From assembly GCF_001194135.2 (NCBI RefSeq), contig NC_068992.1:52885883-52949882 (forward strand): a stretch of DNA of 64,000 nucleotides, given 5' to 3'. A program made the position numbers and the translations under genes. Below, piece by piece: positions 13,269 through 25,999 of this stretch. Under the pieces are notes generated by a model. That model ran no database searches. It was not told the origin of the DNA and saw only the letters and a list, made by a program, of their open reading frames with translations. This DNA is from Octopus bimaculoides (taxonomy: Eukaryota). The stretch's first letter is position 1; every line of letters begins with the position of its first letter.

Positions 13269-15191
13269 ATATCTATATCATAGATATATATATATATATC
13301 ATATTCATATTCCTCACTGAATACAATTGGAAATGTTCCATAACATTTCATGTGGTTTTGCAAATGGATGGCAAGCGGCAATTCACTCAATATATACTCT
13401 GAATGTTAATATTTTGTTACATAAAAAAGTCCTTAGTTGAATTTTATATATATATATATGTAGTAACTTGCTTTTGTGTGTAATATGGATCATACTATGT
13501 TATATTATATTATATTATATTATATTACACTATTCCTGTGTATATTCGCATGTCAAATGCAGGTAGCATAATGATTAAAAGTCAAGTGCATACGTATACT
13601 GAAACCAGGAAACTTAAAGTTTTACCTATCTAAGTAACTAATTGTGGAATTCAGGATCATACGAATAGACAGATATCTGTTGTATAATTATGTGTACGCG
13701 AAGATCACTATGCGTGTATCGCCGTTTTACACGTAAATTAGATATATATATATATATATATAATGGCGTACACTCACAGCTGTGCGTACAGACACGCACA
13801 CACACACACACATACACACCGTTACATACATATCTCTACATTAACGGTTACATCATTTATTATGCATATTCGTTGCATTAAGGAGCGCATGCAGTTTAAT
13901 AATTTTCTATTGTCTTGATTCTCTTTCTCCCTATATGTTCATCCATTTAATTATACTTGATACCTGTACAGATTTTACAGTTCATTTTAACATTTTGGTC
14001 CCAGATTTCGATTATTTAATATTTTTCTCTCTCAACTATTTCTTTAAAAAAATTACCCTTAGCGCTAAAATCATTGATATTGGGGTGGGGCATAATCAGT
14101 ATATGCACATTTTAATTACTCGCTGGTTTCTTTAATATAAAAAAATTAGTTAAATATTAGAGAAAACTATGGAATGTGATTATAAGTCAGTTGAAGATGA
14201 ATAGACAATCTAAAGGAAGATATATTAAACCGTATATACACAAAAATGATGTTTAAGTAGGCATTTAAAAAATTGAGTGTGTTTCTTTGATGTCGAATGG
14301 TGGGTAAGTAACACATAAAGTGAGAAAACCATTGATAGTTATATTACAATGTTGATATATGATAATTGAAGCAAGGAACCTATGAGAAGCATCGTGGTAG
14401 ACAGAGAGAGTAACAAGAGGGGAAAAACAGAAAGGAAGTTAAGATGAATCAAATTTAAGGTGAAGAAACAAATTATCGAGAAAGAAACGTACCAGTAAAA
14501 TCAAAATACAAAGACACGTAGTAAAAATGAAATTAATGGAGAGAAATATAGTTAACGTTACATCTACGTTATCTAAAGAACAACAAATTTGAAACGGTGA
14601 TATAAATGGAATAGTGTGTTAGATTGAAAGAGAAACAATTATAATGGTTTGGAGAAGAGAGAAAGCAGCTTAATCGGTAAGTAGGTTGGTTGGTGAACAA
14701 TCATTAATACAAGACACATTTCTTGAGCTACGACATGTGTGCATTTATATTGTTTTAATAATGACTGTTACGCATTCTCCATTTGACAAGAAGTAACAGT
14801 GCGTACCCTAAACAGAGACAGATTTCCCTGAGGGTGCAGAAGATAATAAGGTAAAATTATATTATCAGAATTTTCTAGAGAGATTAACATTAATTTAATC
14901 ATATTTACTCTGCAATATCTCTCATAGAATTTCATAATTACTTTGTCATAGATAAATATCCCTGAACGACAATGCGGAAATGTAGCTTTAATGACCATGG
15001 TATCTCGTGAGTTTACTTAGTAGTCTTATGGGAAAAAAGAGGACTGGCATACAGACGACTAGATCATTTAAGTTTTCGGCCAAATTATTGAAACTAATCA
15101 ACTACCGGCATTATAAGAAAGTTCCTTAATCAAGTCATACAATGATATAAGAATGACCACTTGATAAATACTAATATTTATACAGCATTAT

Positions 15192-15448
15192 AAGGCGACG
15201 ATATGGCGGAATCGATAACACGCCGGGAAATGCTTAGCGGACTTTTAATCCGTCCTCACATTCTGAGTTCAAATTTGGTTGAGGTCGATTTTATCGTTCA
15301 TCAAATTCGGCCGAGGTCTGCTTTATCTTTCATTCTTTCAGGCTCAGTAAAAGGAGTACGAGTTGTGCAGTGCGGTCGATATAATTGATTTATCCACACT
15401 CAACTAGATTTGCTAGCTTTGCGCCAAAATTTGAGACCAATATTTATT
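15192..15448 (+). mobile_element. SINE family B, diverged, with an internal duplication of about 30 bp
   Basis: AAGGCGACGATATGGCGGAATCG..CACGCCGGGAAATGCTTAGCGG..TTCTGAGTTCAAAT. A CAAATT..GAGGTC..TTTATC..TCAT block is present twice. Confidence 0.75.
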
Positions 15449-15643
15449 CAGCATTATACAACACAATATATTGTTTCGCCAAATCCTACCCAAAGCTGTA
15501 GTTCATACATATGTATATATATAAATGTGTGCGTGTGCGTGTGTGCACGAGCGCGTATATTTGTGTATTAGCTAAGTATGCATGTGTAAAATAAATTAAA
15601 GTCATAGATATAATCATATACATAGATGTATGTATGTGTATGC

Positions 15644-15698
<55 letters not shown>

Positions 15699-15705
15699 AT
15701 GTTTA

Positions 15706-15840
15706 TAATCCACTCACAGGCCTTCCGTCGACCCGAGGCTATACCAGAAAACAATTGACCCAGGTTCCACGCAGTGTGACTGAAGCCGGAACCATGTGAT
15801 TGGTAGCCATGCTTCTTAACAAACAGCCACGCTTGCACCT
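15706..15840 (-). mobile_element. SINE family A 5' half
   Basis: ATCCACTCACAGGCC..CCGAGGCTATA..CCACGCAGTGTGACTGAAGCCGGAACCATGTG..CAGCCAC is the reverse complement of the family A head. Confidence 0.8.
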
Positions 15841-16117
15841 AAATTATTTTCCACTTCAGTAATTATATGTTATCAAATTGTATCGCGACTCCGTTTCAAA
15901 TCATGGGTGCAGTTCTCTTTAAAAGAAAACGTGTCTTAGATATGAGAATCAGTTTCTTGCAATTTTCAAAATGCTAGTATTTTGTCTGAGAGTTATATTA
16001 ATACAGATGTGATTTCTATTTATGTATCAGATAGGGTGTTCAAAGCCCACACATTCACACAGACAGCGACCTGCACATGCGCGCGCACAGAAAGACACAC
16101 ATAAGCACACACATACG

Positions 16118-16175
<58 letters not shown>

Positions 16176-16809
16176 TACATACATACAGAGACTGTTAGAT
16201 ACATGAACATACGTACACACATACATCCATACATCCATGCATGCATACATACGTACAACTTCGAATACAATTTGTGATAGATCAGAATAAAAAGAAGTAA
16301 ATAGGATAAATATGGCAAAAAGATGGGAAAAAGCATAAGAAATCATGTACTATTTCAAGATGTCAATTCATTTTAGACAATAGTAGTTCCTAAATAGAAT
16401 AATAGAGTATATTTTGGGTGTGTATCTCTCATAGGCAGTAGAAGGTGAGTTCGGGGTCAGGTCACAGTGACATCTATAATCTTGTGCAAGTGAAAACGCA
16501 AACACAAACACCTATGCATATAACCACACACATAGACACACACACAGGTAAATATCCAATAGAAGTTCTGGTAAGTAAAACTGAGAAGAAAGAGACGGAA
16601 TTCTGTGTATATGTGCATACATATATTTGTATATGTATGTATATATATATGTGTGTGTGTGTCTGTGTGTATGTGTATGTATGTGTGAGTATGGCGGTAT
16701 TATATGTGTACGCGTATATATATTACATATGCCGGAAATTCTTTCTGTGGTTAGCTAACTCCTCCTACATCGTTTTCTCGATTTTGTTGACACTTGACAA
16801 AATCAAATG

Positions 16810-16877
<68 letters not shown>

Positions 16878-17222
16878 NNNNNNNNNNNNNNNNNNNNNNN
16901 NNNNNNNNNNNNNNNNNNNNNNNNNNNNNNNNNNNNNNNNNNNNNNNNNNNNNNNNNNNNNNNNNNNNNNNNNNNNNNNNNNNNNNNNNNNNNNNNNNNN
17001 NNNNNNNNNNNACTCTACGCTTTCGATTAAACTGTTGCTCCCGCAAAGCAAATTACATAAAATTTGAGATTTTGCGGAGGGTCAAAATTGGTAAGATGAA
17101 CAGGATAGTGAAAACAAGCAGGAAGGGCTGCTAAGCCTAAACAAGGTTTGTGGTGGTGAACCCGTAAATCAAGCTTAGACAGCAGACAGACAAGAACACG
17201 TCTTCCTTGTTCCACCTACAAC

Positions 17223-17265
<43 letters not shown>

Positions 17266-19859
17266 TGGATCAAAACAATTTGATTGAAATCCATTGGTAC
17301 TCTTGAGTTTCAAGCATAATGAGAAGTAGAGTGTTATTACCGCAAGGGGGCTGCGATTGATCGAGGAAGGTCACGTGGTGTCGTGATTTGATGTTTGTAT
17401 ATGGATGACAGTTTCTTGGAAAATACCGTATGGTAAACAGAAATGTGAGTATGTGGAGGATAGGAAATAGAGCACGTGGCGATTAGAAATGGGTCACGTT
17501 TTTTGGGGAGGTAGTATATGACTTTCATCGACCAATAACTGCTCACCTTACGGTAATAACAATCAACTTCTGTCATTCAAATTCAAAGTGGCTGATGACG
17601 AGCATGACGGTTGAAACTAAAGTACCAAAGAATTTTAAACAAACTGTCTTGATCCATACATGTAACTCCTAATGAATTGGTTGTGTGCCCTTCTTTCGTT
17701 TCTCCTCTCACTCATATATATATATATGTGTGTGTGTGTGTGACATAATAATTTCCATAATGCATTATTGATATCCTTTTACGGTTTGGTTAACCATCTT
17801 TTGCTGCAGCTCTAATAATCCCACGATACCATTTATAGCCATGTTACACTTACAATATGTTATGCTCATTGTAGAAAGGGACAGATGTTCTGGAGAGAAA
17901 AGCAGTGTTCATATGGCCTCATTTATTCTGTTGATATTCACACTTACAATTCTTCTTTCGTCTATTGACACAGATCTCGTGTGTAACATTTCCCCACATG
18001 GATTAGATATAAGCCGATTACAGGTAACTATAATTGAGCACTTATACTTCTATGACATATATTGACAACTAAGTTTAAAAAAACAACAACTTTGTGAGCA
18101 TTGATTTAAATATTTACGGTTACGTTTCTCATACCTATTATTTACTACCAGCACTAACGCTTGCAACATTTCACAAGCGCATATAAAGAAAGGTTCTTTG
18201 ACATGATATTGACATCAGAGAGCCTGTAAGTGGATTCTCACTCCACTAACTACAGAAGTGAATCGACTGATGCTTGACATTTATCTCTTAAAAGGAGAAT
18301 ACGTTGTAGTAAACAGAATATTTTATTCTGTATTTACAAAAGATAGGATTATCAAAGCCATATAATGCTCAATCTTAGGTCATTTTGATTAAGGTTCGCC
18401 TAGGGCTATACGATAACAACGCATTGACATATATTAGTGAGGACTTAATTCAAACACATATACACACTATTAATTAGTCATTCATTCTAATAATTATCTT
18501 GTTATGAATTATAATTCTATGGACGCATTAGCACAAGTAATTATCCAATAATTAGTGGGAGACCATAAATATCTTTATGTCCTCATATAATATTGTAATT
18601 AAAATCTTTGGATCCACAGCAGCTTTAAATTCTTTGTATGCACACCATTCATAGCAATTAGGGAGTGCTACTATAGCTTATAATGTTGAATTAAATAAGT
18701 ATGTCAAAGTATCGAAGAATTGACACAGAATTCAGGTAAAACATGACATTCTCTGCTGAATACAACAGCTCTGACGAAAAATATGTATTCAGAATCCATG
18801 AATTTAAGTATGAAAAGAAATGAACTGCCTACGTACAGAACACGCTTGTGTATTTTTCGTAATAACAGCTATTAAATATATTTATAATGGATATATAATT
18901 AAAACGTTTCATTATATCATTCCTATTTATCATCTCTCAATTATCATAGACGAACTGCAAAGCTGACCTCGTTTGAATATAAGTACACAACTAATGGAGA
19001 TCGAAATGAAAGGCTAGAATTACTTTATTTCTCCACTATTTATGCCATGTCCTCAAACTTAAACGTATGTTTCGTTGAATAGAATTAAATTTCAAAGTTA
19101 TCTGTAGAAATGGAGAAAGGAAATGGGAGATAACTGTAAGCGAAGGAAAAAAAGTGATGATCTTTGGCAAACAAAGTTTGAGCTCATTAACTTACCTCAA
19201 ATTGTGTTCGAGCGCAGATTATATGCACATGTGATATTCTTCATACAGCAGTAAGAATATTACATCACTATGTGTATGAAACCACGATGAATCAATGTTG
19301 TCACAAACTGTATAAGACACAGGCATACGCTTACACTCACGTATGCATACTCACGGAAGTGTCGTAAATATGGTTATTTGCTAAATACTGCAGTATTTAG
19401 GAAATTAGGTTTACAGTGGAATTTTTGAAACTGAAGAAGCTAAACTAGAAAGGAAATGGCACAAGGAATATACATACATACACGTGTGCGTGCGCGTACG
19501 TATGTGAAGAGTGGGAAAAGGCGAGTATCTGGCTCCTTCAAATAACCAATGCTCCGAATAGGCTGTACTCGTTAGCCTTGGATGACAAGCAGCCTAAGAG
19601 AAGGAACACTCTAATTTCAAAATCAGTGGGGGAAGGCCCCTGCTGCTTTGGCGGAATACCTTGATAGAGATGGTTTCTCGATAAAAATATAGGTTGGTAG
19701 TAACCTAAAAACACCTCATTCGAGAATGAAAATGCCAAGCAAGATAGGTGACGATAACGGTGTGAACAGGATTGGAATCAATGGTAAAGGTGCCGCACCC
19801 AGCAGGTGCCCCACTCTGCAGCAGAGTGGGCACGATGGTAATCAAGTAACAAAACAAAT

Positions 19860-20443
19860 AATCTAACCAAGGCTGCTAGTAGGATTATGGTGGAACGATG
19901 GGATTGAGAACTACTAAGAATAGAACAGCGATGGATGGAAGAGGAAAGAAACAACCGTGGAGGAAAGGGAGAATTCCTGAAGATATAAACCCCTTCCACG
20001 GTGTAGTGTCATTATTTGTCACGAAAAGAAATGGAGAACTTAAGAATGAATGGAAGTTGGAAAAAGAAGCATGGTGTAGATAGAAAAATACTAAATGTTG
20101 TAATTGAAGAACTGATGCAATGCATACATTAAAAAAAATCAAAGCAAACTAGGTTTGAAGGACGGATTAAGCAATACCAGCAAAACAAATGATTTAGAAT
20201 CGACCGAATAATATTTTACCAAGAGATTAATGATGATTAAAATCGTGAAAGATTAGTAAGAGACGCTGATGAAAGTCGACTTATCTGGGGTAAGATATGG
20301 CGTAAACAATAACAACATAATACTACAGCTGAATGGCTCTGCAGCCAGAAGTAAACAGCTTATTAACCCCATCAAAAGGCTCTCCACTTTACAGAAGACA
20401 GTATCAGAAATATGAGTGAGACGATAAGCAATTGGAAAGCATT
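19860..20443 (+). mobile_element. R4/Dong-clade non-LTR retrotransposon, degenerate ORF region upstream of RT
   Basis: Frameshifted translation gives NNLTKAASRI..KKQPWRKGRIPEDIN..RKILNVVIEEL..RIKQYQQN..FYQEI..DESRLIWGKIW..HNTTAEWL..TEDSIRNMSETISNWKA, matching motifs typical of the R4/Dong pre-RT region. Confidence 0.75.
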
Positions 20444-21215
20444 TACTAAATCTCACTATGATGAATCAAGTGACGTGGAGGTTGTCGCTTTTAGTTCTGC
20501 TCGGGATAGCGCAAGTCTGCACGTCACCCACCAGTCTGTCAACCACAAGCGCCAACCATTTTGCTAACACTTTGGTCAAAATTTTGTAATCTGTATTTAG
20601 CAGATTTACCGGCCCAAACTTATTAACAATGTTCCCCTTCATCGAATCTAGATCCGAGTATACTCCCATTGTGCTTCCAGTTGCGTTAGACGTCTCCCAA
20701 AAGCGCACCAAATAAATCTGGCACATGTACATAAAGCTCGATGAGCAGACCATCCAATCCTGGAGAACTCTTCCTCATGCAACTAGCCAACGTGTCGCAT
20801 ATATCTTCAGCCGTTATCAGCATTTCGCAGAACTCCATGTCCCAAGCAGAAAGGTGCGGAATACCACAAAGGTAGGAAGTGAAGTCCACCTCCGCCTCTG
20901 GGCCACCGCTAACCCCGTACAGTTCAGCAAAGTGACGCTAAAATTCCACAAAATCTGCTTCGACTCGTGTAACATGCGCCCGAAATGACCGAATTGTAGT
21001 CTTATTACGACGTTGTGCCTCACCCACCCATACAGTTTGCCCATGTCCACACTGGATTATTCGAGAAATCCAGTTTGAACCTGTCCGCCAGCAAGAAACG
21101 ACTGAGCAGATTTGTGAGACTTGGGCACCTCCATTCCTGTCCGCTAGCCACACCCAATTCACACGTACAATCGGCTACAAACACTAAAGAAAGAGACGTC
21201 CCTAGAAAGGCCTCC
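20444..21215 (-). mobile_element. L1/Tx1-clade LINE ORF2 fragment (end of APE endonuclease, linker, start of RT), degenerate
   Basis: Translations include LTNLLSRFLLADRFKLDFSNNPVWTWAN, FCEMLITAEDI..KSSPGLDGLLIELY and PVNLLNTDYKILTKVLAKWL..LVGDVQTCAIPSRTKSDNLH. These are characteristic L1/Tx1 ORF2 motifs, with stops, frameshifts and an internal deletion. Confidence 0.9.
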
Positions 21216-21216
21216 A

Positions 21217-21330
21217 GTTTCTGTCTACCAAATCCACTCACAAGGCTAGAATAGAAGACACTTGCCCAAGTAGGACTGAAGCCAGAACCGTGTGGTTGGT
21301 AAGCAAGCCACTTACCACACAGCCACTCCT
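21217..21330 (-). mobile_element. SINE family A 5' part with an internal deletion
   Basis: CAAATCCACTCACAAGGCT..AGAAGACACTTGCCCAAG..CTTACCACACAGCCACTCCT is the reverse complement of the family A head. Confidence 0.85.
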
Positions 21331-21366
21331 TAATAATAACAATAATAATAATAATAAAAAAAAAAA

Positions 21367-21432
<66 letters not shown>

Positions 21433-21461
21433 AAGAAGAAGAAGAAGAAGAAGAAGAAGAA
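21331..21461. repeat. Compound (TAA)n-(A)n-(TAA)n-(GAA)n microsatellite
   Basis: Directly visible; runs into a gap. Confidence 0.95.
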
Positions 21462-22283
21462 NNNNNNNNNNNNNNNNNNNNNNNNNNNNNNNNNNNNNNN
21501 NNNNNNNNNNNNNNNNNNNNNNNNNNNNNNNNNNNNNNNNNNNNNNNNNNNNNNNNNNNNNNNNNNNNNNNNNNNNNNNNNNNNNNNNNNNNNNNNNNNN
21601 NNNNNNNNNNNNNNNNNNNNNNNNNNNNNNNNNNNNNNNNNNNNNNNNNNNNNNNNNNNNNNNNNNNNNNNNNNNNNNNNNNNNNNNNNNNNNNNNNNNN
21701 NNNNNNNNNNNNNNNNNNNNNNNNNNNNNNNNNNNNNNNNNNNNNNNNNNNNNNNNNNNNNNNNNNNNNNNNNNNNNNNNNNNNNNNNNNNNNNNNNNNN
21801 NNNNNNNNNNNNNNNNNNNNNNNNNNNNNNNNNNNNNNNNNNNNNNNNNNNNNNNNNNNNNNNNNNNNNNNNNNNNNNNNNNNNNNNNNNNNNNNNNNNN
21901 NNNNNNNNNNNNNNNNNNNNNNNNNNNNNNNNNNNNNNNNNNNNNNNNNNNNNNNNNNNNNNNNNNNNNNNNNNNNNNNNNNNNNNNNNNNNNNNNNNNN
22001 NNNNNNNNNNNNNNNNNNNNNNNNNNNNNNNNNNNNNNNNNNNNNNNNNNNNNNNNNNNNNNNNNNNNNNNNNNNNNNNNNNNNNNNNNNNNNNNNNNNN
22101 NNNNNNNNNNNNNNNNNNNNNNNNNNNNNNNNNNNNNNNNNNNNNNNNNNNNNNNNNNNNNNNNNNNNNNNNNNNNNNNNNNNNNNNNNNNNNNNNNNNN
22201 NNNNNNNNNNNNNNNNNNNNNNNNNNNNNNNNNNNNNNNNTGGGCCTCTGCGCCTCCACTATATATATATATATATATTACAA

Positions 22284-22314
<31 letters not shown>

Positions 22315-23530
22315 TGTATGTATGTATGTATGTATGTATGAATTCAAGCACGTGCGTGCGTAAATAACGTTATTATTTGTTGTTACATTTTGACAAAGGG
22401 ATTTTTAATCGTCGATAATATGAATATTAAAATTGCAAGCTAACAATTCAACAATGTGGGCGTGGGAGCATTCATGAGATGTTTATTCAGCTCAAGTATG
22501 CCATCCTTTTAATCACTCCCTTCTTGTCTCTTATTATCTCTCTCCCTGCTTTCCCGCTGTGTCTCCTTCTCACAGCTTCCCACCCCAGCACTCTCTCTCT
22601 TTCTCTTTCTTTCCCTCGGTCCCTCACTCGCCCCCTCGCTCCTTCTCTATCTATCTCCGTTTCTGCGCGCATTAATCTATGTATCTTCCCCATACATATG
22701 TTTATAATAATTATCTGTATTGCAGTTCGTAATTGTGTGTAAATATTTCACAGGCACAAAAACATCAAAACATACAGAAAGACACTCATGCATACATGCC
22801 CTTAACGATCAGTATGTAATATATATGTGTGTATGTTTGTACATATATATATATATATANNNNNNNNNNNNNNNNNNNNNNNNNNNNNNNNNNNNNNNNN
22901 NNNNNNNNNNNNNNNNNNNNNNNNNNNNNNNNNNNNNNNNNNNNNNNNNNNNNNNNNNNNNNNNNNNNNNNNNNNNNNNNNNNNNNNNNNNNNNNNNNNN
23001 NNNNNNNNNNNNNNNNNNNNNNNNNNNNNNNNNNNNNNNNNNNNNNNNNNNNNNNNNNNNNNNNNNNNNNNNNNNNNNNNNNNNNNNNNNNNNNNNNNNN
23101 NNNNNNNNNNNNNNNNNNNNNNNNNNNNNNNNNNNNNNNNNNNNNNNNNNNNNNNNNNNNNNNNNNNNNNNNNNNNNNNNNNNNNNNNNNNNNNNNNNNN
23201 NNNNNNNNNNNNNNNNNNNNNNNNNNNNNNNNNNNNNNNNNNNNNNNNNNNNNNNNNNNNNNNNNNNNNNNNNNNNNNNNNNNNNNNNNNNNNNNNNNNN
23301 NNNNNNNNNNNNNNNNNNNNNNNNNNNATATATATATACACACACATACAAACACACATATTTATATATATATATATATAACAATTTGAAAATCCTACAC
23401 GACTAGGTGAAAAGCGCTTCATTTAATATTCTGACATTAATAAAAATCTGTAAATGTACAAACATCCAGATTTCTGAGTACCTTAAATTTTTTTCTATAT
23501 AATTTCTGTACATCACCTCCAAACCTTCAA

Positions 23531-23572
<42 letters not shown>

Positions 23573-23987
23573 GCACACACACACATTTTTATAAGCACAT
23601 GTACGTTTGTGAGTGGGAGTAGAAGCGTGCATAATCTGCTACTGATTCTATGATTATTTAAGTATGTTTATTTAAAATATGTTCTGAAAGGATGTATGAA
23701 CATTTGCTTAGAACTTCTTTACACCTCATCACCTCTCTCTCTCTCTCTTTCTCTCTATGTCTCTGCCTCTCGCTATATGCATATATAAATAAACATATAC
23801 GTACATACGTACAGACACACGCGCATTCGCATATTAATCGTACGTATGTTTTTTTCTAAACACTCTAATGATAGTTTATACCTGTATGTAGGCTTTTATT
23901 CGTATACACACACGCACAATCGCACACACACACACAGACACACACACACGCACGCACGTATAACACTCACAAACACACATATATACT

Positions 23988-24018
<31 letters not shown>

Positions 24019-24170
24019 ACACATATATGTTAATATACATATTGATATCTGAATGATTTATAAATACACCCACACCGTCCATGAAGTATAATTAATACGT
24101 AAATAATAATATTATATTGACCTTATTTCTCAAACATTTTATTTCGGCTATATAATTGTGTATAATTATG

Positions 24171-24216
<46 letters not shown>

Positions 24217-24560
24217 GACATCCATGTACACATATAAGCCCACAATCATGCTCATAATTATATATATATATANNNNNNNNNNNNNNNNNNNNNNNNNNNN
24301 NNNNNNNNNNNNNNNNNNNNNNNNNNNNNNNNNNNNNNNNNNNNNNNNNNNNNNNNNNNNNNNNNNNNNNNNNNNNNNNNNNNNNNNNNNNNNNNNNNNN
24401 NNNNNNNNNNNNNNNNNNNNNNNNNNNNNNNNNNNNNNNNNNNNNNNNNNNNNNNNNNNNNNNNNNNNNNNNNNNNNNNNNNNNNNNNNNNNNNNNNNNN
24501 NNNNNNNNNNNNNNNNNNNNNNNNNNNNNNNNNNNNNNNNNNNNNNNNNNNNNNNNNNNN

Positions 24561-24627
<67 letters not shown>

Positions 24628-25965
24628 GATACATACATATGTATATATGTATGTATGCATACACACACACACATATATATATATATGCACACACATACAT
24701 ACAGACATATACATACGCACATATAAATAAATACATCAATACGTATTTCCATTTTATATGTTGATGTACGTACTGATTTATATCTATATGTGTGTGCATG
24801 TGTTTTTTGTTTTGTTCGTGTGTGTATGTATATTAGATTTTAAAATCTGCATAAATAGTCACATCAAAGTAACAATTATCTATTCGCTTTTTTTAATATA
24901 TCAGATTTAATGTCTTCTTTTAAGTTACAATTATATATATATATATGTAATTCATTTTTATAGCAAAAGTTTTCTCTTATTTAAATTATTACTATTCGCT
25001 TTAGAATATACAAATGAGAACGTCGTCTGTGGTTCATAACACGTTGAGGTAATGAGCTCCTTTTTTTTTATTTGTAGACAAAGCTCGTATATGAGTGTTC
25101 CAGGAATGCTAGAGAAAATTAGGTATACATTTTTGAAGTGTCTTGCTATTCTACAATCTAATAGATTTACAAAATTTGGAAGAATTTCGTTACGCAATAA
25201 TCCTGAAATATGTGAGTGAAGCCTAATTCTAACGCTTAGAATGCACAATTTATGAGTGAAGGCGAGTACTTATGTACAGTTACATAATAATGAAATTTAA
25301 TAAACATAACACGCTGGCCTCTTTATAGAATGAAATGTATGGTACTGAATAGTGTAGTGCCTATGATAGTTACAACAGAAATACTTTGAATGTGATTTCT
25401 GCTCGATTAATAACGCACTAGAATCTAATCGCTGAACAACAACTGCGTTATTCACGAAACATTCACAAGACCTGCAGGGGGAACACCTGACCTCCTTGCC
25501 ACATGAAGCATGATTCTCTGTAAGAAAAGTAAAATAGAATGTTGCAAGGTTAGCGTCTATAGATTTGATCATAGCTCATCTGTAGCAGGATCTGCTTCTT
25601 GATGAATAGGAGAAAAAAATTAAAACAAATATACTGTAATCCAAAGTCAATTTGACAATGAAATGGTAGGAATTAAATTACCCCCTGGTACTTAAATGTC
25701 CACGAAAGGGACAGATTTAATGGCAATAAATGATGGCTCAATCAAGTCATATACATACACACACAAACACACATATATATTGTTGTGCCGCACGTTCGAC
25801 GTAGGATATATAGGGATAATAATAATGTCCTTGCAAATCGTTCTACTCAAGATATTCGTATTAACCCACGGCAATACGCAACTCTCGGCTTTACACTGTT
25901 CTAAAGGTCTTCTGTATGTGTCTGTTTATATTGTGGCACAGTCCATAGGAGTATTCTATTTCCAC

Positions 25966-25999
<34 letters not shown>

